NCBI GenBank assembly: GCA_012862495.1
Contig: BLSG01000132.1
Span: forward strand, 219,322 to 257,640
Direction: 5' to 3'
Origin: Thraustochytrium aureum
Lineage: Eukaryota
DNA length: 38,319 nt
Part shown: in pieces, positions 11,804 through 23,435 of the stretch
How the letters are laid out: each line of letters opens with the position of its first letter
How positions within the stretch are numbered: the first letter of the stretch is position 1
Program-made: the position numbers and the translations under genes
The notes under the pieces: generated by a model
Database searches by the model: none
What the model saw: the letters and a program-made list of their open reading frames with translations, nothing else
What the model was told of the DNA's origin: nothing

Positions 11804-14759
11804 CTACGACGGACGACGCTGTCTGAGCTGTTGCGAGGACGCTGCGCGCGGCGAGTGCTGCGCGAGTTGCGTCGTCCAAGCCGGCGTCGCAGCGGCGGCA
11901 CCTGTCCTAGACGCGGCAGCGTTCTGTCCCGCGGTACCTGGCAAGCCAGATTCCACGGGGGGCGCCGCGGGTCGCCTCGGCCGCGGGGCTTGGCCGCTGT
12001 GAATGAAACTGACCCCCGTGCCCGACTCGAGCCTGAGCGGGTCGATGAAGAGCGGCGAGTGCCGGCGTTGAATGCCTCGGAAGGAGGCGCTGGCACTGGT
12101 GAAGAAGGGCTCGCCCTTGTTTTCGTCGTGAAGCAATTCAGTGGCCGCCTCTGCTGTGCTCGACCGTTTGCGGAGCATGGCGTCGGCGGCATGCCCGGCA
12201 ACCCCAGCGAAGGACTGGGCCCCGTACTGCTCGCCAGCTTCGCTGCCAGCTGTGTTGAGCCTCGATGAGAGGCTCACGGAGCGCCGCAGAAGTGACGCGG
12301 ACTCTGGCATCAACTCCATCGCTCGGCTGCCGCTACTCGCCTTCGCGACCCGATCTTCGTACGCGAGAGCACTGTGCCGCTCAACCGGCCCTCGGCCTTG
12401 CAGGGCCCTTAGCTGTGCCTCAAGCTCGAGGATCCTGGCGTCTCTTTCCTGAATTGCGCAACGAAGCGCGTCGATATGCGCCAAGAGCGTTTCAGCTGCG
12501 TCGCTCCTGGCGACCCGCGCATGTGCGTCGGCCCAGCTTGAGGACGCCGCCTCGAGACTGGCGCTGCTGAGTCGGCGTGGCTATGTGCCTCGCCTTGCAA
12601 AGCGAACGAGCCGTGGCTGCTTTCAGAGCTGGCAGAGGACACCGACGACGTAGAGCTGCCCCTACGCAGCGTTTTGCTCCGCCGCGGGCGGCGTGTGGCT
12701 GTCTGCGCCAGTGCCGCAACGTGGGCAACGTCGTGCGCCCTGTCCCAAGACGAGATGAGGCAGAGCGCGCTGAGCCTAGTGCACCGCGATTCGGCTGGGT
12801 TGGGGACAAACGGAAGCGCGTCGAGGTTGGCCGATGTCTGGGCCAGGAGCAAGCTTGAACGGAGCACGGGGAAAGCGTCGTCCTCCCAGCCGTGGTCAGG
12901 CGACCCGGTCTGGGCGCTAAGCGCTCCGTCAGCGCGTTCCTGGCCACTCGCAAGCGAAATGCGGCACACGAGTGGGGGCTTTGCTCGCTGCCCTGGACGC
13001 TGCAGGAGCGCTCGAAGCTTGGCCGTGCGCGGGTTGTCGGGCGAGGCTGGCATCGCGTCCTCGCTCTCAACGTAGCGAGGGATGCCCAGCTCGTCGAGCG
13101 TTTCCCGCACTTTGTCGAGCGAGGTGAACAGCCCCTCCATCTCCTCTGGGCTGAGCACCGCGAGNNNNNNNNNNNNNNNNNNNNNNNNNNNNNNNNNNNN
13201 NNNNNNNNNNNNNNNNNNNNNNNNNNNNNNNNNNNNNNNNNNNNNNNNNNNNNNNNNNNNNNNNNNNNNNNNNNNNNNNNNNNNNNNNNNNNNNNNNNNN
13301 NNNNNNNNNNNNNNNNNNNNNNNNNNNNNNNNNNNNNNNNNNNNNNNNNNNNNNNNNNNNNNNNNNNNNNNNNNNNNNNNNNNNNNNNNNNNNNNNNNNN
13401 NNNNNNNNNNNNNNNNNNNNNNNNNNNNNNNNNNNNNNNNNNNNNNNNNNNNNNNNNNNNNNNNNNNNNNNNNNNNNNNNNNNNNNNNNNNNNNNNNNNN
13501 NNNNNNNNNNNNNNNNNNNNNNNNNNNNNNNNNNNNNNNNNNNNNNNNNNNNNNNNNNNNNNNNNNNNNNNNNNNNNNNNNNNNNNNNNNNNNNNNNNNN
13601 NNNNNNNNNNNNNNNNNNNNNNNGAAAGAAGTGCCCTGTCTGGCGGCGCTGATGATAGAACCACAGTGAGGTGCGCCACTAGTGCTTGTCCGATGGATGC
13701 CGGGAGGCGTGGCGGCTCAGAGTCCACGGTCGGCGAGCCGCCGCTGGGCTTGCCGCGCAAGAGCACTTCGAGGGTCCCCGTTTGGGCGTCCAGCAGAACA
13801 AAGCGCCTGGCGCAACTATCACGGCGCGAGCCGCCCGACAGCAGTTTCAATCGAATGTCCGAGGCTCCGGCCTTGACGCCGACGATGAATGGGGCAGAGG
13901 ACTGCAGAACGCGCCACTCGGAGCGCGGCAAAAAGGGCAGAAACAGGCCCTGCCACACGAGCGGGAAGAGGAGGGCGCGTACGGCCTCCGCTATGGGTGC
14001 CAGTGGGGCAACGGAGGAGCAGAGCAGCACGAGCGAGTCCTCGGCCAGCAGATGCTCCAAGAGGGCCAGAAGGCCTCGGGGACCGCACAGTTGCAGCAAG
14101 CGACACACCCCGCGGTCGTCCACGTACGGAAGGTGCCGCATGCGCGGGGTGCAAATGCGTATTGTCCGCTTGAACACCCGCTCGCGCTCCCAGATCATGC
14201 GAAGCGTGCGGTCGACGGGGGGCGATGGGACCTCGAAAAGGAGCGAGCGCACAAAGGGCTCCAGCACGACGGCAGCGCGCACGTCCCGGTTTGTGCAAAG
14301 CGCAGCGAGTTCTGAGAGCGCGTTCTCCATGAAGGCAAAGACAGGCACGCGAGAGACGCAGCAGAGCAGATTGCACGACTTGGGGGAGACACGAACCGCG
14401 GAGCAAAAGAAGATCGCGCCAGACTCTGGGATGGAGAATGACACCACGCTTTCGAGCGGGGCCTCGAGAATGATGCGTTCTAGCACGAGTAAGAGCGCCT
14501 GCGGGAACGGTGGGCCGCCCTTTGCTGGCTCTGGCCACCTTTGCTGGAGGAAGGCCGCTCGCGAGGCGCCCGCTCTGGCCACGCAAAAGTAGTCTATCAA
14601 TCTGAGGGACACGAGCGCGCGCGGCGATTCGCTGGCTCCGCGCGCTCGGCCGACGCGGTAGTCCGAGCAGCCATTGTTCTCCGCGCCATACCCGGCTGTC
14701 GAGGGCTCTGAGCTCGTCCGCAAGGGCACGGTCTTGGCCGGCAAGAACTGATCTGTCAT
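11804..14759 (-). CDS. DENN-domain protein (putative Rab GEF) with C-terminal coiled coil; gap inside, frameshift near 12490, 5' end uncertain
   Basis: uDENN-like LIDYFCV and core DENN LLEHLLAEDSLVLLCSSVAPLAPIAEAVRALLFPLVWQGLFLPFLP...SSAPFIVGV. After the gap it continues in ORFs 12409-13158 and 11804-12484 (IQERDARILELEAQLRALQ). Confidence 0.8.
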
Positions 14760-15985
14760 CGCTCGGCCTTCTCGCGCCGCGATCTGCGCTCGCTACACGG
14801 CTCCACCCGGGCCTGTACCGGGCTCAGCGCCGCGTTGCGTGGCCACTTTCAGCCGAGCGTCCTGCCCGGCGCCGTCTCCCGCTTCGAGCGCGACCGCCCA
14901 GCGACCGCGTACGTCCAGCCGCCTCTTGCCGCTCCAGCTGGCGCCTGCAGCCCAGCCAGCTGCCTGCGGGACGGCCAGCGCCGCCCACCTGGCTGGCACC
15001 CACCCTGGCGTTTAACAACCACGATGGCGCGCCAAAATCTCGGAATCCCCAGACCTGCCGGCCAGCATCCGCGGTGCGGTGCGGTGCGCGGGCAGGTGCC
15101 GGGTGCTGGCCGTCTCCAGGACGCCCTGCCCGCCGTCTGCCCGGCGCTGCGGCCTCGAGGACCTCAACTCGATGGACGCGCAAGTCGGATGATCGGATCT
15201 GTCCAATGTCCGCCTCAGCAAGGAAATCTGCGGCTCGCTGAAGGCCGTCCGTGGTCGAGGCCGCGTCGGGAGCTGGAGCTCGCCGATCGATGCGCGACGA
15301 GCGCAGGATCCCGTCCATGCCATCTCCAACAGTACGTGCCTCACCCGCGCGGGGCACGCTGGCCGCACCGCCGAGGTGGTACTCAGTGCGCGGCTGGCGA
15401 CACTCTTGAAGACAACTCTCGCGAGGCCTTCCTGCCCTTCGAGACGATCGAGGCCACGAAGTACCGGGGGCTCGGGCTCGCCGCAGGCATCGTCAAGAGG
15501 CTGGCTGTTTGGTGCGAGTGTTTTGGTCCGCGGGTGATCGCCAACGGGTTTGTCGCGGACGCCGTCGTTCGTGTCGCCTTGCATCGGTCGCGACTCGCGA
15601 GTACGGTTCCTATGGGAGCGGTCCTGGGGTCTCTCTTCAGCGCGCGGCTTCTGTCGCGCGCAGGGTTGTTTTGGCTCGAAAGTTGACCCGTGGACCGACC
15701 ATCAACCTCGCTTGTTTCGTCGCGTCGATTGCTGCTCTTCGCCGTCGTTGACAAGACCATGAACGACGGCTCGCGGAGCGCAGCGACGAGCGGCGCGAAG
15801 GTTTTGCTCGATGGCGACATGTGCGCAGCGGCGGGCGATTCCCGAACTTGATTGTTTGCCAGGCTGCGGCGAGCGCAAGAGTGTGAGGCGCTTCACTGCA
15901 GTGGCTTGACGAGCACAACGGCGGGCACGGCGACAGGAGGGGAAAAGTAAACGACAGATTATAGCACTTGGAAGCGAGGTCATCT

Positions 15986-16080
15986 CGGTTGGGGCCAGCT
16001 TGCGGCCAGCTCTGGGAGCGGTTGGGGCCAGCTCGGGAGCGGTTGGGGCCAGCTCTGGAGCGGTTGGGGCCAGCTAGCGG
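15986..16080 (+). repeat. Minisatellite with ~21-bp unit GCGGTTGGGGCCAGCTCTGGA, about 4 copies
   Basis: CGGTTGGGGCCAGCT recurs four times. Confidence 0.85.
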
Positions 16081-16792
16081 TCAGCGCCTTTTGCGTTCTC
16101 GACGACGGCCCAGCCCTCGCCGTCGTCGCGCGTCCACGAGTGCATCACCTTGCCCGACTNNNNNNNNNNNNNNNNNNNNNNNNNNNNNNNNNNNNNNNNN
16201 NNNNNNNNNNNNNNNNNNNNNNNNNNNNNNNNNNNNNNNNNNNNNNNNNNNNNNAGTCTATTACACGGAACGGCTTGAAGATGGTGACCTCGCGCACGCG
16301 TCGGCGCGCAGGCCGAAAGATGCCGCCCTCGCTCGAAAACGACACCTCGACGCGCTGCCTGCCGCCGTCCAACAGGTGCTCGTCTGAGCTCTTGACCCAC
16401 ATGGCTCGCCCCATCTCAAACCAAGGCGCCAGCTCCCGCTGTGAGAATGCGGCGAGCGCCTTGGCGGCTTCCGCTTTCTTGTCAAACAGCGCCCAGAGCT
16501 CCATGAACAGCAGCGTTGGGTGACCCCGCCAAGCCTCGCCGTCCAGCACAATATCGCTCCGCGGCACGTCCAGCACGAATTGCTTGTATACATCGTACAC
16601 CGTGAGCTCTTTCAGGGGTTTCTGCGTCGTGACGCAGTCCGCGCCTTCCGCCTCCCAGGTCCGAACCGTCTCAAACCCGATCACGTCATCCTTCAAATCC
16701 ATCAGCTCCCACTCGCTCGCGACCGCATCGTGCCCTTCCTCCTTCGCAGCGTCGCGGCCCACGGGCGCGTCCACCGTCGCGGGCGGCTTCAT
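16074..16792 (-). CDS. Hypothetical protein (contains a gap)
   Basis: ATG at 16792 (MKPPATVDAP...) with globular-looking sequence (VYKQFVLDVPRSDIVLDG, LAAFSQRELAPWF). The probable tail after the gap is SGKVMHSWTRDDGEGWAVVENAKGADR*. Confidence 0.65.
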
Positions 16793-17893
16793 TCTCGCGG
16801 CACGGCCCAAAAACCGGGAATCCGGCTCAAAATCACCCCAAAACCCCGCAAATCCGAGCGCGCAGCAGCGCGCAGCGGCGCGCAGCAGGGCGCCCGAACG
16901 CCACGACAGACCAAGCGCAGCCGACAGGCCTGCCACTGCGGCCGCGAGCTCCAACCAACGCAGCCGCGGCCCGCCGGAGAGCGCGCTCTTCAGGCGTCAA
17001 ACGCGCTCTGTGGAACACCTTCCCCGAGCTCACTCTCCCTCGTTATATCCTCTTGACGGTCACCTTTTGCGGTGTACCTCGTAAAGTCCTCTACAAATCG
17101 ACTCTGTCGCGTTCCAAACGCCAGCTCAACGTTCACAGAGGCGAAGAATAGTCGAAGTATCCTCTGGATGGCGAGAAATGTCCTTTTTGCTCCTCGTCGA
17201 AAGATGCTTGACACGATGGCGCGCCGCGTCCGCCGCGCGTCGATCACAGTGTGCAGCGCCGTCTCCGGCCACTCCGAACTCTACGTAGCCTACTCCGAAC
17301 TCTACCTACCTCTTGAGGTACCTGCTCGCGGTTGGGTTTTCGCTCGTGCCGGTCATTGCGTCGAGCTTGGTTGCGTGCTGTTGGGTCATCGCTCTTCGTC
17401 GATCGCTCTTCGTCGAGGCTCATGATCGTCGAGCTGCTGATAATACCAAGATAATACAGGCTCGAGCGAGTAGGGTGCCTGCCGCGGCTTGCGGTTTTCG
17501 GAAGAGATGGAGCTGCTGCGGCTCTGCGCGGATGCGGTCGCTTGATCCAACTCGTCCTTCAAGGTGATCCAACTCATGATTCATTTTCGTCCACCAATTC
17601 TGCAGGCGGACCAGTGTGTGGCCGCGAGTGGCACTTGGTCAGGGCAGGTGCCTTATGACTGCTCACAGATTGGTTCAGAATTCAGAAGAGATCTTGAGGT
17701 AGTAGTGCTCCATCAAGTTGGATGGAGCCCGGTCGGTCGTCAAGCCACACCAGAGCCCGAATGCTGGGGCGGAGAATCGGGTTGGATCCTGGGGCCTGAG
17801 ATCAGGAGGCTGGCTATACATCGGTTAGAACAGCTACAAGTGGCAGGCAACGCGCGGAGCTCGTGTCGAGCGAGTGAACGACAGGACTGAGAC

Positions 17894-20277
17894 ATGACGC
17901 GCTTGGGCCGATGTTTCGCGACTACCTGCTTGGCGCTCGCTGCCGCAGGCCTCGCGACGTGCGCGGCGGAAACCAGGGTCAGAGCCACGCACCCAACGCT
18001 TATCAAGCTGCTCTTGGGTGAAAGCCTGACGACCGCGGAGGTGCGTGATCTGACCTTTCAACTCCAAGAGTCGGCGGGGAATGCCCTCGAGTCGGGCCTC
18101 GTGGAGCCCGAGGAGGGCCGGAAACTCCAGTCGCACGGCGGGTTTCCCGTTAAGCCTCTCAGCATAGAAGCGCGAACCTCGCTCCAGGTCTATGTTGTCG
18201 AGGCCAACAGTGACTTCGACTACAGAACGAACGCGTCGGCCATCCATTGCCTCAGCGCTCTCGTGGATCGCTCGCACCTTGTCCTCCCCGCCGACTGTTT
18301 TGAAACTGGCCCAACCAGGCCATTCGACGACCAGACGTATGGCTTGGCGGGACGCCTCGTCCTTGCGGTCCAGGGCGTCGACATTGACCTTGAAAATGAG
18401 GAGGTTTTCATGTTGAACATTTTCTACTACGTGGACGGCAACGAAAACCCAGACAAGTACCTCACGGTGGACCGAGCGACGCAGTTGGCCGTCCTAGAAC
18501 TCCCGGGTGAGGTGTTGTTCGGGCGCGTCCCGGTTCGAATGGCGTCCGTTGCCGATCTCGTCGGTCCAGGTGGGCCAACTCTAGTCTGCTCCCTGATGGC
18601 ATTCCTGCTGCAGGGCACACCCTCGACGCCTGGAGACGGGGAATCAGGCGCGAACAATCCTGACCCCTACTTCCTTTACCTGGACGAGGTCGAAGCAAAC
18701 TGCTGTGAGATCACCGAGGACCTTACCGCGTTCAACAACCAAGCGATAGTTGACAACGGCGTTACGCGGACCAAATACCAACAGAGTAAACAGGGCTGGG
18801 TAGACGCGAGCGGCTGTCATCTCAACTCGCCGACTGTCGGCGTCTCCCACGGTTCGCCAATCTTCACCGTGGATGCCGCCACCGGCCATTCGGAGCTCGT
18901 TGGCATCAACGTCCGCGCCTGGAACGGCAAGACAGCCGCAGCCCCCCTCGCCTTAGCGACGTCCCTCTTCGCAACTGCCGGGGTGGAGGTTGACGGCCTT
19001 GGGGAAGACGGCGCGACGATCTGCAGCGGCGAGATTATTCAGCTCCAATTGAAGGAGACCCTCAGCTTTGGCTTCCCGAACTACGAGGCCAACCAGGAGC
19101 ACTGCTGGGTATACTCCAACGGCATAGATCCTGTGTTTGGCCTCGTCTCGCTGATCATCCGTCGCCTTGATCTTGCCGCAGGGGACGAACTGGTCATCTC
19201 GATAGTGCCTGCCCTCCAAGTAGGGTATTTCGGAGGAGTCGAGACTGCCCCAGTCGTCCTCGCCTCGTTCAGCGGACCGCTCTCGCTAAGAGACCACAAG
19301 ATTGACATTGTCGGTCCGGAGTCGGCAAGGCCTTTGAAGGAGTTTGAAAATCCAGCCGTTCGATTCACTTCCGGTGACGTCGCCCAGGTTGGGAAAGGAT
19401 TTGTCATCGAACCAGTGGTGGTCAAGTTCGACGAGGAGCCTTCAGCGCCGCCACTATGCCCTCAAACGGCTCAGAGTGCTCGACCATCTCTGTTGGCAGC
19501 GATGACCCCGCGACCACCGTTGTCTTCTCGAGCGCGGGCCCGACGTGCTGGTTTCTCTATTCGAACTCCAACGCGTACTTGCCCTACGACGATGAGGATT
19601 TCCAGCAGGTCGAGGTCGTATTTACTGCTCTCAGCCTTGGCACCGACGAGGCAGTCCTTGTCGCCACTCCCAAAGGTGAACCTGCCATCCTCGTCGGCTC
19701 GCTTGCAGACAACCCAGCGCGGTCTTTTTCTGGCGCCTTTATCGAGATCATGGTGGCCGCCGGCTCGACTGCGATCGTCGAGTTCCGTGTACAGCTCGTG
19801 GGTGCTTCTCCCACCCCCGTCGCCACACGGCCTCCGAGTCCTGCCCCGTCGAGTGTGGGCCCGGATCTTGCAGCGACTCCGGCGCCAGTTCGAGCAACCG
19901 AAGATGTTGCCTGTTCGAATCCGCTGGTGCTATCCGCCAAGCGCGGCACCCCACTCGAGTTTGAGGACGGTGTGCAGCCCGTTGACGGGCACGGCTCGCA
20001 GGCTGTGCGTTGCTGGCTTGTTGTCGCTGGTCGCGGCGAGGCGGTCAAACTCAAGATCTATGACCTCGACCTTGACGCAAGCGTGTCGGACCAGCTCGAG
20101 ATCTTCGACGGCGCTGCCACAACCGACACGATCCTAGACACGCTCACCGGTCGTGCAGCGTACCAAGTCGGGGAGTTCCCCAAGTACATTTCCTCAGGGC
20201 GCAAGTTGCTCATTAGGCTCCGCATGACGCCGAACTCGCTCTTCTCCGGCTTTGTCCTCGCATACACGCAAAATTGA
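17894..20277 (+). CDS. Secreted trypsin-like (S1) pseudoprotease with three CUB-like domains; frameshift near 19455
   Basis: Signal-peptide-like N-terminus. S1-like motifs CLSALVDRSHLVLPADCF, QLAVLEL, VSHGSPIF and ELVGI. CUB-like units include FPNYEANQEHCWVY and CWLVVAGRGEAVKLKIYDLDL...DQLEIFDG...SSGRKLLIRL...GFVLAY. Confidence 0.75.
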
Positions 20278-20381
20278 ACGTACTACAGCGCAACAGTTGG
20301 TTCCTTCTCTTCTACATTTCTCGCTCTCGCGTTGTAGAGTAAGTGCTGCGCCCAGCGCTTCAGCGATGACTGTTGCGGCTG

Positions 20382-20422
20382 CGTGCTGCTCGGTGTGCTG
20401 CTCGGTGTGCTGCTCGGTGTGC
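20382..20422 (+). repeat. 12-bp tandem repeat (GTGCTGCTCGGT)x3
   Basis: Directly visible between the convergent 3' ends of two genes. Confidence 0.8.
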
Positions 20423-20449
20423 TGGTTGTCTTTTGTCCCCGACAAAGCT

Positions 20450-21643
20450 CTACGCCCAAATGCCGATAACAACCATGACCGTCATCCCCAAAGCGAGACC
20501 TGCAAAGGATACCACACGCTCAGCAACGGATCTGGCTTCGTTCGCGTTGGCAAACCAGGCAAACCACAGCGCAAACGCGATGTAGGTCAAGAGCCCACCG
20601 CAAAACGCTTGGAGGACGCCAACAACAGCTTTGATCGCTGAAGAAGGGTCGCTGTCGCCAGTCGCGGCGATGGTCGTCATGCCCAGAGCGATTCCCACCG
20701 CAGTGATAAGCGAGAAAGCCACTGCCATGCACAGGCACCGTTTGATGCGAAAGTGGGCTTCGCGCATTGCCTCGCCGAGCGCGACGCCCTCGAAAAACTG
20801 GTGAAACGCGATGGCAATCACCAGAGTGGTCCATTCATCTACTGGAAGAAGACCAAGCGTGTAACCCACCAGCAGCGAGTGCGTCAGCACACTAGCCTCC
20901 ATCAGGACGACTGTGGAGGTGCGGAGGTCGCTCCTGACATCTGGGCTAGAGGCAAGAACCGCTGCATTGCCACTTTTGCTCCCGTGCCTATTGCTCCCAT
21001 TTGCGAGGTTGCGGCTCTCTGAGCCTCTGGCGTCGCTCGTCGCGTTTGTGCTCGAAGCAGCTTTCACGTTGCCGCAAATGGCCCCATCCTCGCTGTAGTT
21101 TGCTTTGTCGACCGCGTCATAAAAGCCATCTGTTGAGCTGCAGGATTTTGCTGTGTTCGCGCCATTAGCGCTCGACGATGCAAGCGCGTCGCAAATGGCA
21201 ACTTGATCACCGCTGTCGCAGAGCCCATTGTCGACGACCTCCAGGCGTTCATTTTCCTCACAAGAGTCATGAGTGTTGTGGTGGGCGTGGGCGTGGCGGC
21301 CGCCATGCGAATGGCCGCCATGCGAATGGCCGCCAGGAATGAGGTCGAAGCCAGCCATACAGAGAATGCCTGCAAGCGCAATCGTCACAGGCAGAGCATC
21401 AAAGCTATCGAGCCACCCAATGTCCTCCAAATACTCTTGCGATTCGGCAATGAGGTGCACGAAGGCGGTAGCCATCACAATACCCACCGCGCACCCCTTG
21501 AGGGCAACGAGCCCCAGTTGAGCCGCACGGGACACTGGTTTTGCAGGCAAAACCACTGGCAACATCACGCCGAGCATGGACACCGACGCAACGATGGCGA
21601 TCCCAGCACCCTGCAGGGCGAAGCTGTAGCCGGTCGCTGCCAT
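20450..21643 (-). CDS. ZIP-family (ZRT/IRT-like) zinc/iron transporter
   Basis: Intact 397-aa ORF with about 8 TM segments, ATAFVHLI, a His-rich loop GGHSHGGHSHGGRHAHAHH, and TM4/TM5 motifs THSLLVG and FHQFFEGVALG. Confidence 0.95.
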   Translation of the reverse strand: MAATGYSFALQGAGIAIVASVSMLGVMLPVVLPAKPVSRAAQLGLVALKGCAVGIVMATAFVHLIAESQEYLEDIGWLDSFDALPVTIALAGILCMAGFDLIPGGHSHGGHSHGGRHAHAHHNTHDSCEENERLEVVDNGLCDSGDQVAICDALASSSANGANTAKSCSSTDGFYDAVDKANYSEDGAICGNVKAASSTNATSDARGSESRNLANGSNRHGSKSGNAAVLASSPDVRSDLRTSTVVLMEASVLTHSLLVGYTLGLLPVDEWTTLVIAIAFHQFFEGVALGEAMREAHFRIKRCLCMAVAFSLITAVGIALGMTTIAATGDSDPSSAIKAVVGVLQAFCGGLLTYIAFALWFAWFANANEARSVAERVVSFAGLALGMTVMVVIGIWA

Positions 21644-22124
21644 CTTGCCTCGGCCTTGCTGCCGCTAGCTCCGGATCGATTCGGACTCTGCAAAGGCAAG
21701 TTCGGGGTCTGACGCGGTGACGACACTGCCGAGTTCCCTCCATAGACTGCGCGACGTTGACTCTTTCGGCCGTCACTTGCGCTTGCGTTTTCGGCGTGCA
21801 AACCACGCTCTTTTGCAGCGTTGGCCGGGCAAGCCTTCCAGCAAGCAGGTCGGATCTTCTCGCGAAGAGCTCCTCGCTTGGACCCCAGCGACGGTCGCCC
21901 GTTCGGCGCGTGAGTAGCCCAGCGCCCTGCGCACGACCGACTCCGGCAACCAAACAACAACAACCAACAGCAACGCAACCAACAAATTCAAGTCCATCAG
22001 CGAACATAAGAACAGTTCTTCCTACCGGCCTCTCATGGAGCGTGTTCTCCTCACAAGAACTACTGGACGACTTTCAATGAGAGGACAGGGACGCGGAATC
22101 TGAGATTCTCCCCTCGCAAAACGC

Positions 22125-22464
22125 TCGAACTCGCGAAACGCTGAAACTCGCGAAACGCGCGAAACTCGCGAAACGCGCGAAACTCGAATGGTGCATGTGC
22201 ATGCAACTTTTTTCAAGATTGTTGGATGGAATGGACCACCCAAGCCATGGCAAGTGCTCGTGTTTGTGCCGCAGACCAGCGCGCTTTGGACGAGCCGTCC
22301 CCATTCCAGGCTCCTCCTCGCGAGACTCGCGAAACTTGGTGCATGTGCATCCAACTTTTGGTTGGATGGAATGGAATGGACCACCCAAGACACGGCAAGC
22401 GCTCGTGTTTGTGCCGCAGACCAGCGCGCTTTGGACGGGCCGTCCCCATTCCAGGCTCCTCCTC
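22125..22464 (+). repeat. Two ~130-bp direct repeats (22189-22319 and 22337-22464), each preceded by GAAACTCGC/GAAACGCGC 9-mer repeats
   Basis: Both copies contain TGGTGCATGTGCAT...GGAATGGACCACCCAAG...GCTCGTGTTTGTGCCGCAGACCAGCGCGCTTTGGACG...CCCCATTCCAGGCTCCTCCTC. Confidence 0.9.
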
Positions 22465-23435
22465 AAACGAGCAGCGGTGCCGGGATCGCCTTGGGGTCGC
22501 CCTTGGGATCGCCGTCAGCCAGCCCCGTGATCAGCAGCGGCTCGCCAGCTCGTGGCTGGCACTGAACGCGCAAGCCAAATCACCTGTCCATGCGCGATGG
22601 GTCAAGCAAGGCTGCAGGTCGCGCGCGAAAGTGTAACCCGGTTTGCTGCGGCGCAACGATTGGCGGCATGGCTTGTTGTGACTGCTAGTGCCCGACTTGC
22701 GTCACTAGTTGCGTTCTCATCTGTGTCGAAGTTGCCCGTGAGGTGAGTACTCAGCGACTCAGTCAACGGATGACGACCCAGCCTCTCGTCCCCTTGGAAG
22801 GTTGCAGAGGCGGAAAGCGGATTCATCGCCCGCGGATGGAGGCCCGTGACACAACGCGCTCGCGGCGTCAAACTGTGGCTGCAACAGAGCCTGCCAGTCA
22901 GCTGCCATGGCAAGACAGAACGTCACGCGTTGCCAGTGGCTGTGGGACAGCCTGAGCACTGACTGAGCGAGGCAGACTCGCGGCCTGTTGAGTTTGAAAC
23001 GCGTTTTCCGCGCAATGAGACTCAGTACGCCCTTCCACACCCTGGCTCACCCTGGCACACCAGCGCACCTAGCGAAAGCCGTCGAATCGGCTTGCAGTGA
23101 TTGGGTTGGTGGACGCCAAGAAGTAAACACTCGGAAGACCATACCTCCCGCTTGGTAGCCTCACGGGACGCAGCAAGGGATCTGGGATGCGAACCAACCG
23201 CTCCCAAGCTGTACTGCACGCTTTATGTGGCCGTCAAGGCGAAAATACCGTCTTCAACCTCGCGGGCAAGAGTAACCAAAACCCAGGCGCCGCATCCACA
23301 TGCCGCCAGGTCAGCCTGGCGGGCAATCAGCAGACCCCAAACGATAGTCGAAAGCCTGCATCTGCTTCCTCAGCAGCAGCAGCAGCGGCAGCGCAGCAAA
23401 ACGAACGCAAATACCATTTCAATTGAACACAGAAA

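Noticed and set aside
15986..16080. CRISPR or telomeric repeat
   Set aside because: Contiguous minisatellite without spacers, and the unit is not telomere-like.
22125..22464. CRISPR-like array
   Set aside because: Only two long copies, no unique spacers, no cas genes, and a eukaryotic context.
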